NCBI RefSeq assembly: GCF_006345805.1
Contig: NC_043002.1
Coordinates: 14,818,001 to 14,882,000, forward strand
Direction: 5' to 3'
Length of the DNA stretch: 64,000 nt
Origin: Octopus sinensis
Lineage: Eukaryota
Positions 25,780 to 39,261 of the stretch are shown here, in pieces. Positions within the stretch are counted from its first letter, which is position 1; every line of letters begins with the position of its first letter. A program made the translations under genes and the position numbers. Under the pieces are notes generated by a model. It did not search any database, was not told the origin of the DNA, and was given only the letters and a program-made list of their open reading frames with translations.

Positions 25780-27850
25780 GGATTCGTCTTCTGATATTTG
25801 TCTTTCTTAGAGTAGCTGGAGACAGAGCGCCAGGCTATATGACGAAATATGTGTCTGAGAAATGGTCATCAAATAAAGTAGTGCTTTCAGAACAGTTCTT
25901 CCTACCAAATAATATCATCTACAAAACGATACTGTTTGCTGCCCTTGTATGTTTCCTGTCATTTAAAATAGAACGCAACCACATCCCTGGTTATCAAACT
26001 ATTCCGAGTTCACATAGCTTACGGCAGACTGTTAGGTGATCAACTTTCTCAAATGCCTTTGCAAATTTATATCACAACTTTATTTAAATAATTGATCTCT
26101 CATGTTATTATCGTCTCATAAAGTTTTAGTAGCTGAATGACAGAGCTACAATCTGAAGCAGCTGTGTTGCATGTCACTTGTTGATGTATAAACTCAGAGT
26201 TGGCCTGTAATGTTTAATATCGGCTTTGCTTGTAAATCTTCTTCCAATATTTTGGCTGTTTAGAGCATGCAATAATCTCCCGAAATGTATCTGTAGTGAT
26301 TTTGCCAGGTCATTGTTTCATGTCTTTCAAAGAACTATAGCATATCACCAGAGATGTTGCTGGGTTAATGGTCATCTCATCAATATTCTATACAGCACTA
26401 TTCCCTGAGTAGTTTTGCAGTGTTGAGGAACGCACAGACATGTTTATTAAATAGCTCCCATTTGGCATGTGAATTAAGTTTGAAACTCCATATTTAGTAT
26501 TTCATATATGCTTTTTGTGCATGCAGTGTGTGATATGTTGCCCTATTCCGTGATTCGTGCAGAATATTTTGCAAATATGTATCTGCACCGTATTCCCTTT
26601 CTTTCCACTTCTTTATATGGGAAATTGCCTTATATTTCTAAGTGGAATTCATCATTGTTTTTAAGTTCTATATTTAAGCGATTTGAGATTCTCATCTTCG
26701 ACTTTTAAGGATGCTCCTCTCTCTCGAAATATTTATCTTTTTTTTTTTTGGTCGTTGAAATGAGTCTCCGGTAGATGATATACGTAAATGGCTTGCACCG
26801 TTGACATGTATTCACATTATCTTGTAACATAAAGGACTTTCGGGACCCTTTTGTCAAAATATTTTTTGGGAATGAATTTCTAATTTCTGTAGTTCACCTG
26901 AATAGTCTTTAAGTGCTTCGTATATGTGATACAACTTAGAAACATACGTTGTTAGTTCTACTCTATTAAGGTCTGACACAATCGTTGATATTACTTCATT
27001 TTAGGGATGAATTTCAAGTTATTAATAAAGCAGTGGTTCATGTCCTTGTAATTCTTTATGAGTACGAGTATTATTCGTTCCGTGCACAAAGAAAATTGTA
27101 ACCAAGCTGATATTCCGCTTTATTTTGTTCATAGCATGACATTCTGGGTGTAAGTTTTAAACGGAATATTTCCTTACTGAAGAGAAATTTGAAATCACAC
27201 AAAGAGTATTGACTGATTCCTGTTAAGTAGTACTTCGTTGGCATTGTTCTAAGGTCTTCCTCACAATTAGCATGATTTGGAACGCTAGATGCTCGATATG
27301 ATGTATGCATAATATAAAGAAAAAGAAATGGTACGTAAATCTAATTACCTTTATTTTGATTTCTTTTTCTTTTCATTTTTATTCGCCCTTTTTCTTTTTG
27401 TATCATCCTTCACATTTCCGTCCGATATTTCTCATGTACAAACGTTCTGATTTTCAAATAAAATAGAACATCTCCCCAGAGCCAGAGAATTGCTTGGAGG
27501 TAAAAACCTGCCTACACGTGCATTCACAAGAAACCATTAGTAACTTATTAGCTTGGTCCTTGTACATTAAATGTTATATATATATAAGTGAATTGAAGAA
27601 TAATGTAACATTGTTGTGAGTTTGTATGTATTTTCTAATATTTCAGATTTATTCCTTGCACATGGTGATACATATACCAATGCCCGGTCTCCCTACCAGC
27701 TATGAATTCGCACACTTAAAAAATAGAAGCAACATGCCTTCAATTTTGAACACGGAACTAGAGAATGGAAGGATCTATGTGCACGTTTTTTCTTGATATT
27801 TTTTTCAGTCCTTCCCAAGGTATTTTACCCCCTTTGTATTCCTTTATCGC
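25780..27850 (-). mobile_element. Decayed CR1-clade LINE ORF2
   Basis: Minus-strand NFAKAFEKVDHLTVCRKLCELGI near 26000-26070 resembles the CR1 RT DF.KAFD.V.H motif. Weaker APE-like and linker similarity lies upstream, and boundaries are approximate. Confidence 0.6.
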
Positions 27851-30475
27851 CTCCTATTTTAAGTTTCACTTCATCCTCATCCCTCGCAACCGCTCGACCA
27901 GATTTTTGTCGCTTCTTCTTTACTGTGTCAGCTAGTTTTTTCTCTTCTATTTCTCTCTTTATATATATTCCCCCAATGCATTTGCATTCAAATTGCATTT
28001 TTGCATATGCTTGGCGTGCGTACTGTATCAGATGTAGCTATTCGATCAAACCCTATGGAAATAACTGTCTTCTATCTGTCACTATTTCTTATTTTGTAAT
28101 TCGGTGTCTAACAAATGGATGAATGTAAGTAATACACCAAAGTGAATGAAATACAAAAATGGTATCAGAAAGATATCTTGCTGGCTATTAGATAATGTCA
28201 GGAGACAAAAAGTACTTTTAAGAAAAAACATGCATAAGTATAAAACCTTCAGTTAATCAACTGTTTTCCTCCTGGCAAGTCGAGATGCTGATATATTGTC
28301 ATAGAACATCGAAGGGGTTTGACATTCTATTAACGTCTTTTAAATTGAGAAGAATTCTAAAGCCTTAAGCAAACAGTTGATGCCTTTCGGAAAAATGTAG
28401 TACAACTGTACAGTTTTGTTCCTTCATGTAAAGGAGATCAATATAAATTTTAGATATACATGAATATTTAAATTTGTTGCAGATATTTTAAACCAGTCAA
28501 AGTTCATCATACATATTTAGGGCAAGCCAGCGTAACAGGGGTTCTCAATAAAAAAATTATTTTCCCGTAAAATTACCTTGTCGATTGTTAAGATTAACTG
28601 AATTATTAGGAATATTTCATACATAATTATTCCTTGCCATAGCAGCATCAAATTTCCTGATTACTTCCTCTTTCTGGCTTTGACTCGACATTGTGTTGCA
28701 GTGTGTTTTCTTATGGTTGCTACGTAATGACATTATATCCGCTTTCATTGATAAAATTTCGGTATAATATTGAAATCCGAAGATATGCGCAACAATGTTT
28801 CGAGCAAATAACATAATGCACTTCATGAAATTGAGTTGCAACATAATAAACAATTACAATAAAAATAAGTTTAAGAAATGGACATTTACAAGACAGAATA
28901 TTGAAATACTTTTCTTCAATTCCCACATAGCGTAATGCCATCTTTCGAATTTTTCTGAGATTTGTAAACCAATATGAATATCTATAGTGAAGCACACGAA
29001 ACACCCTGATAGAGTAAATGGTTAAGTAAACTAGAAAATATAAAACAGTATCGATGTACAGATTCAGCCTGCACCAGACAACTGAGATTTGAAAATCAAA
29101 AGTCGATGAAAATATTATCGATTATTCGATGATGGCTGGACTATCTTGTCAATCATGAACTCCGTAAAACAAAAAGATATCAATCACAATGTAAAAGTTA
29201 ATTCCAGATTTTAAAATCTATTGATCAAGTGTAATGAATAATATTTATATCAAAATACTAGAATAAATGCCATCTTTATATACAGAAGGAATTTAAGATA
29301 AGCCTTCACTATCTCAAATATTAAGAAATACGGCGAGTAAGTGGTATCGCAATGACATATCAAATAAATAAAGACAAAGATTGTACACAATGTCTTGGAA
29401 GGATTGCCATTATTGAAGTTACGTAATCAGGCAAACCTGAAATCAATAGTTGAGAAAGTGAATGTTGTGATTGAGTATTCAAACTATAGATATCAGAGAT
29501 TAAGTGGTAGTGCAGTAATACATCCTATGAGCAAAGACGGAGTTTAATCTCTCTATGTATATATATATATATATATATAATTGCTAGGGAGAAAGATAAT
29601 AATATTGTCATTGGCGGTAGTATTAGTATTATTGCTACTATTATTAATAGCTGTAGTAGATGTATTAGTGGTGGTAATGGTTGTAATTATAGTAGAATTG
29701 GCATTGTTATTATCACTATTCCTATTAGTACTAGCGTTGGTTTCAACTGTTGCTCCCAGTTCGCACCAAAGCTGTTTAAACTAAGGGTCGCTCTTTATAA
29801 CTACATGGTAAAATTATTGATGAACTGAACAATGTGTTTTGTAATTTAGAAATAATTCATACATTATTAGGGATGGAATAGGTATTCGTATTTGATTGAT
29901 GCCTATTGTTTCGAGACAGAAAATTGAAAGAAATCTCTGAATTTAATCAGAATATAATGGCATGCACGAAACTGCAAGAGGACTTTCGCTGCTATAATAA
30001 GTGTATGCTGATTAGGTAATCCAGATGTCATATTGCTATGTATAATTAATAAGCAGTAGGAATGTTAGACTATCCAAGAGGGAATCATACTAGGTTGTTG
30101 CAAAACATTGTTGTAAAGTTTTGTTAGTAGTTCATGGCTCTCTGGGAAGGCATTTAACCAGAAGTTAGGAATTTTATCCTTTCCTTAACACCTTTTATCC
30201 TGCCTTAACACCCCCACATTTGCTATTCTAATGCGTGTAAGTCTGTAAATATTCTATCAATCCAAGTGTTTGGTAGAACCCTTGGATTGATATTTCAGTC
30301 AAATTATTGAAACATGTTAAAGAATAAAAGAATACCAGAAGAATGTTCCGTACCACTAAACAAAGAAGATTATTTGAATATGCACGATGTATTTTTAGGC
30401 TAAATAATAATTCTGCTTACGTCTGCGTAACTGAGATATTTTGGTTGAAATATATAGTTATTGCTTTTACGAATC

Positions 30476-30756
30476 CAGGTAAAAAAATATGTTACAGGTA
30501 ATAAAGTCACCGGAAAAAGTCACGATGATATAGTTACAGGAGAAAAAATTACACGGGCTTTGTCCGGGTAGGGGCTAGGATGACCGAGGGTTTTGTCCTA
30601 GGGAGGGTTTATCCGGATTCTATAAATTGATTGTAACTTTCTTTTCCTGTGACTTTATTACTGGTCACCATAAATTAATTGTGACTTTTATTCCTAGATT
30701 AAATTGTAACTTTATTACCGAGACATTTTTCCTGAAACTTTACTACCGGTCACCGG
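30476..30756. mobile_element. MITE-like element with repeated ggtaataaagtcac motif in inverted arrays
   Basis: Forward motifs at 30480-30545 (ggtaataaagtcaccgg) and reverse motifs at 30630-30755 (gtgactttattactgg, gtaactttattaccg) surround a GC-richer core. Confidence 0.55.
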
Positions 30757-30889
30757 TTTTACACTTCTTTCTATATTCTGTAACTGTCAGAATATAGAAG
30801 CATTTCTTGCACGAACTGATTAGATTATGTGATTAATCTGGTTCCGAACAAGGATTGTGGATTATTTTTGCTTTTTTTCACTTAATCCA

Positions 30890-31030
30890 TCTGTCTGTCT
30901 TTGCTTGTCTCCTCTCTGCTTAGCCCCTTGTGGGTAGTAAAGAAATAGGTATTTCGTATGTCTTCATTCTGAGTTAAACTTCCTGGCCCCCTCTCCCAAA
31001 CTTTCGGGCCTTTTGCCTACAGTAGAAAAT
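30890..31030 (+). mobile_element. SINE family C 3' fragment
   Basis: ttagccccttgtgggtagtaaagaaataggtatttcg...ttctgagtt...ttcgggccttttgcctacagtagaaaa. Confidence 0.7.
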
Positions 31031-31609
31031 AATATTGATTTAATTATAATCTCAATAATAACTCTAATGGTTTCCAATATTGGAATACGAGTACCAAGTT
31101 TGAAAGTGTACTATATTTTGTAGGCCAGGAAAAAAGAAATGTAGATTTGACTCCGGCAAGATTTGAACTCAGAACATAAAGAACCATTTACATGGTCGCC
31201 TTCGATATAATCACCACCAAGCATCTTCACACCCGTCTCGATCGCATCATCATCATCATCAACAACAACAAAAACAAGAAATTCATCATAATGAACATCG
31301 TCATCACCGTCATCATTTCAACCTCTTTATGTTGATGTTAATGTCCCCAAAGTCATTAAATCATATGGTGAAGGGTATGTGGGGGTGGGCCTGGGGGGAT
31401 AATGATGAACGAAGTGAACATATTAACAACAAACGTAGATATTAATGCTATACGATGCGTTTCATCTATCGATTTCCTTACTCCATTATCATCCCCTTCC
31501 TCCGTATAACATACACAACTTCAGCAATATTACTACGTCTGCTACGATTATTACAGTTTCTACGAATATTACAGTTTCTACTGCTATTACAGCCATTACT
31601 AAGATTAAG

Positions 31610-32480
31610 ATGGAGAAGAGACAAAAGAATAAGGGGAAGGAGGAGGAGAAGAAGAAGAAGAAGAAGAAGAAGAAGAAGAACACGAAGAAGAAGAAGAAGA
31701 AGAAGAAGAAGAAGAAGAAGAAGAGGAAAGAGAAGAAAACGAGAAACGAGGCAGAACAAGAACAAGAAAACAAAGAAGACGAAGAAGGAGAAAAAGAAGA
31801 AGACGAAGAAGAAAACAAAGAAGATGATGAAGAAGAAGAAAACGAAGAAAACAAAGAAGAAGAAGACGACGACGAAGAAGAATAAGAAGAGGAATACGAA
31901 TACGAGAAGAAGAAGAAGAGAAGAAGAGAAGAAGAAGAAGAAGAAGAAGAAGAAGAAGAACAATAACAATAACCACAACAACAAAAAGACGTAGCACAAA
32001 AAACGTAGAAGAAGAAGAAGAGAAGTAGATAACGAGGAAAAAGATGATGAACATGAAGAAAATGTAGAAGAAAAAGATAAAGAAAAAGAAGAAAAAGAAA
32101 AAAAAGATGAAAATCAATAAGAAAAAGAAAAGAAGAAAATGAAGAAGAGTAAGATGATGATGATGATGATGATGATGATGACGATGATGGTGAATGAGAA
32201 CAACAACAACAACAAGACGTAGTACAAGAAAGCGTAGCAGAAGAAGAAGAAGAAGATGATGATGATCATCATCACGATCATGATGATGATGATGATGATG
32301 ATGAATGAGAACCACAACAACAATACGTAGCACAAGATGGCGTAGCAGAAGAGGTAGAAGAAGAAAAAGAAGTAGAAGAAGAAAAAGAAGAAGATGAGGG
32401 AGTAAAGGGAGAAGTGGATAAAGACGTAGAAGAAAAAAAAGAGGAAGAAGAATAGCAACAACAAAAAAAAAACGATGACA
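31610..32480. repeat. Compound (GAA)n/(GAT)n/(CAA)n purine-rich low-complexity tract
   Basis: Direct inspection. All six frames give homopolymeric peptides. Confidence 0.9.
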
Positions 32481-32544
32481 ATAACATAAACAAAAAGAAC
32501 TATCGACGACAGCGGCAGTACAGCAGCAGTAGCGACAACTCTGG

Positions 32545-33200
32545 GTAATTCTGTCTAGAGCAGGCACAAGGCCTGAAATTTGGACCAAGTGGATTAGTCG
32601 ATGATATCGAAACCAATTCACAACTAATACTTTATATCCACAACCAAACGAGTATAACAATGGAAGATGCCCTCACAGGAATTCGAACTTAAACTTACAG
32701 CCGGAAGAAATGCGAGTAAGAAGATTGTTCGGCTTGCTAATAATTGTCCTACATCCACTTCTTTATAATAATAACAATCCTTCTTACTAGAGGCACCCGG
32801 CCTGAAATTTGGGGGAGGTGGATAATCGATTGTATCGAACCCAGTGTTCCACTGGTAATTCATCGACCACGGAAAGATAAAAGGTGACGTTGACTACGGC
32901 GGAATTTGAACTCAGAACGTAAAAACAGATGAAATGCCGCCAGGCATTGTGACCGATGCGCTAACCATTCTGCCAGTTCGCCGCCTCAAACATAAAAATG
33001 GACAACATACTGCCAGCTCGCCGCCTGGAGTAGTAAAAATAATATTGGTTTGAAATTTTGGCACGAGGCTAGAAATTGCTGATGTGGGGGGGGGGGGGTG
33101 CTAGTCCACTAAATCGACCTCGGTGGTACTTAATTTATCAACCCCCGAAAGGATGAAAGGCAAAATCAACCTCTGTAGGATTTGAACCCAGAACGTGCAA
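32545..33200 (-). mobile_element. Cluster of SINE family C pieces
   Basis: aggcacaaggcctgaaatt, ggcggaatttgaactcagaacgtaa, ctgccagttcgccgcc and accccc gaaaggatgaaaggcaaaatc blocks. Confidence 0.75.
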
Positions 33201-33256
33201 TCAGATGAAATACCGGTATGCATTTTGCCTGCTCGCCGTCTTAAATAATAATAATA

Positions 33257-33315
<59 letters not shown>

Positions 33316-33679
33316 GTAATCCCGGCAGATGACAACGTGTCTCTAAAAGAAATGGAGAAACTTTCAAGATTCAAAGACCTGAAAATAGAGGTAACAAGAA
33401 TTTGGAATCTAAAAACAGAAACAATTCCTATCATAGTAGGTGCATTAGGCATCATATAAAAAAAATATTCAGACAAATACATAACAAAAAAAACAGGACT
33501 TACAAACACATATAGCATACAGAAAATTGCACTACTGGGCACTGCACACATCCTACGCAGAACACTTTCAATACAGTAACCATCAGAGCATAACAACAAA
33601 ACACAGCACATACCCAAGGCACAGAGCTGCGCTCGGTAGTGAAGTGGAAGCACGATATAAAAATAAAACTACTGAATGA
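33316..33679 (+). mobile_element. R4/Dong-clade non-LTR retrotransposon 3' fragment (end of restriction-like endonuclease) within (TAA)n
   Basis: VIPADDNVSLKEMEKLSRFKDLKIEVTRIWNLKTETIPIIVGALG, then after a frameshift IQKIALLGTAHILRRTLSIQ* (stop at 33577). (TAA)n lies on both sides (33243-33313, 33680-33705). Confidence 0.8.
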
Positions 33680-35557
33680 TAATAATAATAATAATAATAA
33701 TAATGAAGGCCACTACCACATTCACCACTATCACCACTGATATTACCTCCATCGTTACTATACTACTAGAACTTCTACTATAACCAAATGTATATTTCAG
33801 CAACTATATAATCGAATAATTGAATAAATATCCTAACCAGACGAAATGCCTAAAACCTGAACATTTCTCAGCATATTACTACAATGCTTTCGGCTGTCAT
33901 CAACACAGCTATCGAATCATGTGATATAACGCCAGCAAAGATTTTCACTTATACACCCTCCATTTAGGACGCGTTTGGTCTGTAAATGCTGCAAGCTTGC
34001 TAGATTCTCTGTTATAGTCCATTAACATTCATCTTGTTAGTCTTCCAAGGGAAATTATTGTCTTGAAATATTTAAATTCTTAAGAATTCATTGGCGAATT
34101 TGAGATTGCTGGAGGCAGTCTTTTACTTACATTGTTAATTCAGTTTGTAGTTTAGTTACGTTTGTCAATTTAAATCACCGCTTCCATAAAAGGTTCGCAC
34201 ATTCTGCAACATTTCAATTGAAATCTAAATTCAACGACAAAGTATAACTTTGTATCGTACACCCACACGCAATATTCACACGCAACAATGTATGCACAAT
34301 TGTGTATATGTGTGTATATTAGCAAAGTCACTCTGTTCTATTTGGCATTGTTTGACATGTTCTAGCATAAGTATTAGAGCAAATTAATGTTTATAGATTT
34401 TCCAGGCTGTAATAAAATACAATACTGTGATTAACAGCCATCTAGAGTTTCACTTACATCGGATCAAATTTAAAGTGGTGCTATTAATTGAGAGAAATTC
34501 TTTTCGAAAGTGGATGACGTTATGAAAGTGAATAAATCCGGTAATATAGGATGGAATGCAACAGAGACGACAATTAAACAATGGTAAAATATAACGGAAC
34601 TGCAGGAGAACCTTTATATCGGTTTTTATAGAACATATGCTAAACTAACAATACTGAACATGCAACTGAGTAAAAGTCTGGTTTTGAGAACCGAATTTTT
34701 GCGTTTTGGTAATTGAAATTTAGTAATTGAATTTAATAATTCATTTGCAGTGGTTTCTTAGCGGAGAAAATAATGTGAAATATGTACAGTGGTAAACTGA
34801 AACCACGACCAGATATTTACTTCATGATTTAAAGATTTTGGTTCACACAAATAAGAAAAATTGTTTGTTTGCGTTATTTCCTGAATATGAATCCAAACCC
34901 ACTTTCCGTAATATTCACTTTTAGTATTTCGTTTTTGGATTTGGTTTGCACGATTCTTTATATGAGTTCGTGTGTTGAAGCATATTCTGTAGTGTCTGAG
35001 GAGAGTCATTTTCTTTTTGTGCCTTATTATTTAGCACACTCACAAGGACAATAAAAAATAAGAAAAAGGGGAAATTTTACCAGTGTGTTAAATAGTAAGG
35101 CAAAAAAAGAAGATGACTCTCCCCAGTCACATTTAGTAATTTTAATGTAAAGCGGTTGACGTTACAAAATAAATATTACTATCTTTACGAACGGCTGCAC
35201 ATTAACATAAAGGAATGATGAATGTAAACATATGTCACTGCACGACAAGAAAAGCCACTTCTAAATTTAAAATAGCTTCAGCCCGAAAACTTTGTAAATT
35301 ATTTTAAAATATATAACGTAACACTTCTACATAATTGTACCGCGTATTGTTAGCAAATATGTGTCGCAAAAAACAAATAATAATAATAATTATATTGATG
35401 CAATTCAATAACGTATTTGCGTGACATTTCGACGCACGTCGTCGGATATTAGCGTCTCTGACAAAGACTCCACCGTTTCCATAAGATCTCTGTTACTGAA
35501 GCAGCTTCTTTTCTAGTGCTTCAGCTTATTCCTGATCTAAACCGACTCTGTAATACC

Positions 35558-36148
35558 TATTTCTTTACTGCCCACAAGGGGCTAAACACAGAGAGGACAA
35601 ACAAGGACAGACAAACAGATTAAGTCGATTATATCGACCCCAGTGCGTAACTGGTACTTAATTTATCGACCCCGAAAGGATAAAAGGCAAAGTCGACCTC
35701 GGTGGTATTTGAACTCAGAACGTAACGGCAGACGAAATACTTATTTCTTTACTACCCACAAGGGGCTAAACACAGAGAGGACAGACAAACAGATTAAGTC
35801 GATTATATCGACCCCAGTGCGTAACTGGTACTTAATTTATCGACCCCGAAAGGATAAAAGGCAAAATCGACCTCGGTGGTATTTGAACTCAGAACGTAAC
35901 GGCAGACGAAATACTTATTTCTTTACTACCCACAAGGGGCTAAACACAGAGAGGACAGACAAGGACAGACAAACAGATTAAGTCGATTATATCGACTCCG
36001 GTGCGTAACTGGTACTTAATTGATCGACCCCGAAAGGATGAAAAGCAAAATCGAACTCGGTGGTATTTGAACTCAGAACGTAGCGGCAGACGAAATACTG
36101 CTAAGCGTTTCGTTAGGCGTGCTAACGATTCTGCCAGCTCGCCGACTT
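35558..36148 (-). mobile_element. SINE family C with tandem triplication of a 174-184 bp unit and a probable 16-bp TSD
   Basis: Units start at 35552, 35736 and 35910. Flanks are ccgactctgtaatacc (35542-35557) and ccgattctgtaatacc (36149-36164). Confidence 0.85.
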
Positions 36149-36585
36149 CCGATTCTGTAATACCCTACACAGCAATGTATCGCATTAACTGTACACGGAA
36201 CTTTGCACTTAAAATACTGAACTAATGTGAAGGGTTAATCAATAAATTTACATACGTAATGGTGAGGGAAATCATTTGCATTCAGGATCATTTTAATGTA
36301 GGCGATACCACTCCCAAATTCAAGTAAGAGATCGAATGCATTTAATTTTCTCCAGTGTCCTTTATTACACAATGAATTACAGTCAATTTCAAACTGTATC
36401 CGAATCTATAAAAAGTACTATGCAGTAGTTTTTAATGTATTGACATTAAAGTTCTAAACATTTCTGAACGAATTTAGATTAAAGTAACGTCAGCTAATGT
36501 TAGCCTCAAATGTATGAATTAAATATGTTCTGCGGGGTTATTGATAGATTGATCGATCATGGGCAACTTGCAGCCAGCAGGACTT

Positions 36586-36723
36586 ACTGAATGGCAGCCA
36601 TAACGAAAATTTACCTTCAGTATTCAGTTAGAGGCGCGTCCCGCCTCATGACTAACTGAATGGCAGCCATAACGAAAATTTACCTTCAGTATTCAGTTAG
36701 AGGCGCGTCCCGCCTCATGACTA
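36586..36723. repeat. Perfect 69-bp tandem duplication
   Basis: 36586-36654 is identical to 36655-36723. Confidence 0.9.
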
Positions 36724-36862
36724 TTATCGTCACATTAAGCCCACTTGTCGAAAAAGGAAAGTCGTTCTTGCCTGAAGTAGATATAGAAATCATAAACCCA
36801 AGTGAAAATGTAAATATCCAGCAACTGACTGTGAGAGTACTTCTTTAAACATAGATTAATAA

Positions 36863-36894
<32 letters not shown>

Positions 36895-37000
36895 TACGCG
36901 CATAAACACATACACACACACAAACATACGCGCATAAACACACACAGACACACACACACACACACACAAACAACCAACACACACACACGTCTTTTTATAT

Positions 37001-37405
37001 TTAACTAGCAGTATCGCCCGGCGTTGCTCGGGTTTGTTAGGGAAATAACTATATAAGCATTTTTAGAGAGTTATAGCCAAAAAATAGCAAAAAATGCATT
37101 AAAAATGGAAAAACAAATGATAGTAATTTTTTTAAAAATATTGTTGACTCATCGTAGACATTTTTAGAGAGTTACTTCCCTTATATAATAGCGAAAACAT
37201 GCATTAAAATGGAAAAAAATGATGGTAATTTTTTTAAAATCGTAGACTCATCGTAGACGCGCGCTAATACCCAGAAGGGCTCGATATGAATCACGACTAT
37301 AAGATACCCGGTTTTGGTTAAACTGCACCGCAAAATGTGGGAGTAGTTAGGAATCTAAATCGTAGGAGACAGACAGCACACAACCTCACTTTTATATATA
37401 AAGAT
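37001..37405 (+). mobile_element. Non-autonomous Helitron/Helentron-like element (Lep1/HINE-like)
   Basis: 5' end ttaACTAGCagtatcgCCCGGcgttgctCGGG and 3' end ...gacagacagcacacaacctcacttttatatataaagat, with an internal duplication of about 110 bp. The family assignment is by resemblance only. Confidence 0.5.
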
Positions 37406-37704
37406 TTGCTTCATTCATTAGACTGAGCCCCACTGGGTGTTCACCATGAATAATTTTAGTTGAATGAATGTAATTCGGTACTACTGGTATGTTTGTGCCC
37501 CACATAATTTAGCGCATCAGCGAAAAGCACCGATATTTGTTTGGAAGCATCTCTGTATCTATATATGTATTTGTGTTTATGTATGTTTGTATGTATATAC
37601 ATATGTGTATATGAAAAACGAATGGATTAATATCTCTCTAGATAGATACAATAATATATTATAATGTATTATTTAACAACCCTACTTTCATATACCAAGC
37701 CATC

Positions 37705-37905
37705 AGAATATTTTCTACTCTAGGCACAAGGCCCGAAATTTTGGGGAAGGGAGCCAGTCGATTAGATCGGCCCTAGAAGGCAACTAGTACTTAATTTATC
37801 GACCCAGAAAGGATGAAAGGCAAAGACAGCCTCGGCAGAATTTAAACTCAGAGCGTAAACACAGACGAAATGCCGCTAAGCATTTCACCCGGCGTGCTAA
37901 AGATT
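37705..37905 (-). mobile_element. SINE family C
   Basis: tctactctaggcacaaggcccgaaatt...gtcgattagatcgg...gaaaggatgaaaggcaaag...aatttaaactcagagcgtaa. Confidence 0.8.
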
Positions 37906-38604
37906 CTCCGCCTTATGAGTCGTCAGAATGTCGACATAATGGCAACAGTTCACCCAGTGAGTTCCCTAGGGAAAAGATACAAAGGATTTTTGCAATATAT
38001 GACCTATGTGCCTTTATCATCAGCTTTCTACCAGTTAGCTGCACCGCATAACACAACGCGGTCGATGGGAACGTGTTATTCTCCCGAGGCCAAGACGATC
38101 AGTGTTATACAGCTGTGTACATGAGCGCTCTGTATTAAAGCGTTTCAACTATTAATATACGTTACTGTAATCCGAATTTGAGATGGAAGACTATATCTGT
38201 TCAAACAGAGTTAAATTCATTGGTCTGCGTGAGTAATCTTTCTTCATTTGGCAGAAATAATGCAAACAGACAGAACAATCGCGGTAAAAAAACATCTCAT
38301 TAGATGACTGTCTATTGACTTTCGTAGTTTGCTTATGAGAAAATGCTAGACAAATGACCATCGCAACAACTGTGTGTGATTCTTAAGAATATATGTATGA
38401 AAATCTTTCTGAATTTAAGAATTTCTGAAAGGATATACGAACAGCGAAATGAAAGCATATAAGTTTAAGCTTTATCGGTTAGGTAAGATGAAAGATTAGC
38501 ATTTTAAGAGGATGTATGATATAAGAATGAAACGTAACACAATGGTCGATATGTGTAACACAAAAAGAAAAGTGAGTGTGAATAAGATTATTTACTGGGG
38601 TGCA

Positions 38605-38960
38605 ATGAAGGCTCATGGCTTAGTAGTTAGAGCGTCGAGCTTACGATCGTGAGGTTGTGAGTTCGAATCCCGGAGCGGGCTGCATGTTGTGGTTTTGAGC
38701 AAGACACTTCATTTCACGTTACTTCGGTTCACTCAGCTGTAGAAATCAGCTGCGACGTCACAGGTGCCAAGCTGTATCGGCCTTTGCCTCTTCCTTGTAT
38801 AACACTGGTGGCGTGGAGAGGGGAGGCCGGTATGCATGGGCGACTGCTGGTCTTCCATAAACAAACTTGCCCGGACTTGTGCCTGGGAGGGCAACTTTCT
38901 AGCAGAAATCCCATCGTTATTCATGACCGAAGGGGGTCTCAACGGAATGCAGTCTTTTAT
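38605..38960 (+). mobile_element. tRNA-headed SINE with a CORE-like central block
   Basis: Head tggcttagtagttagagcgtcgagcttacgatcgtgaggttgtgagttcgaatcccgg, followed by ttgagcaagacacttcatttcacg...cactcagctg. Confidence 0.7.
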
Positions 38961-39261
38961 ACAACAAATGGATAAAAAGAATAATGAGGAAAAACTGTTT
39001 TCTGAGCGCACACGGACGAGATATCAGATGAGTGGCCAAAAAAGAAGCTGTGAAAAAGTAGAATCAGGAGAGGTGTGAGAGTAAAAAGAAAGAAACGCCA
39101 GGATAGAGAAAGAGGTGGGGAAAAGGAAGTAATTGAAGGAACCGTGATTACAATACGATCGCCGAAAAGATGGAATTATTAACTACTATGACCCTCCACG
39201 AAGCGTCTCCTTCAAAGTTATCTCTTTCAATATAGATTAGTTCACTAGTATACACATAGAG

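Noticed and set aside
27135-27149. 15-nt microexon candidate (ttttgttcatAG CATGACATTCTGGGT gtaagt)
   Set aside because: It lies within a probable antisense CR1 relic. Such signals arise by chance in AT-rich DNA, and only RNA-seq could rescue it.
27647-27790. Exon candidate after ttttctaatatttcag
   Set aside because: No good donor, and the opposite strand resembles the CR1 endonuclease N-terminus.
31445-32660. Long poly-K/E/D, poly-R, poly-F/L/S ORFs (up to 351 aa)
   Set aside because: Open in several frames on both strands because of (GAA)n/(GAT)n repeats, with no domain content or splice evidence.
35552-36095. Regularly spaced repeats superficially like a CRISPR array
   Set aside because: Whole units repeat with no unique spacers, the context is a eukaryotic SINE, and there are no cas genes.
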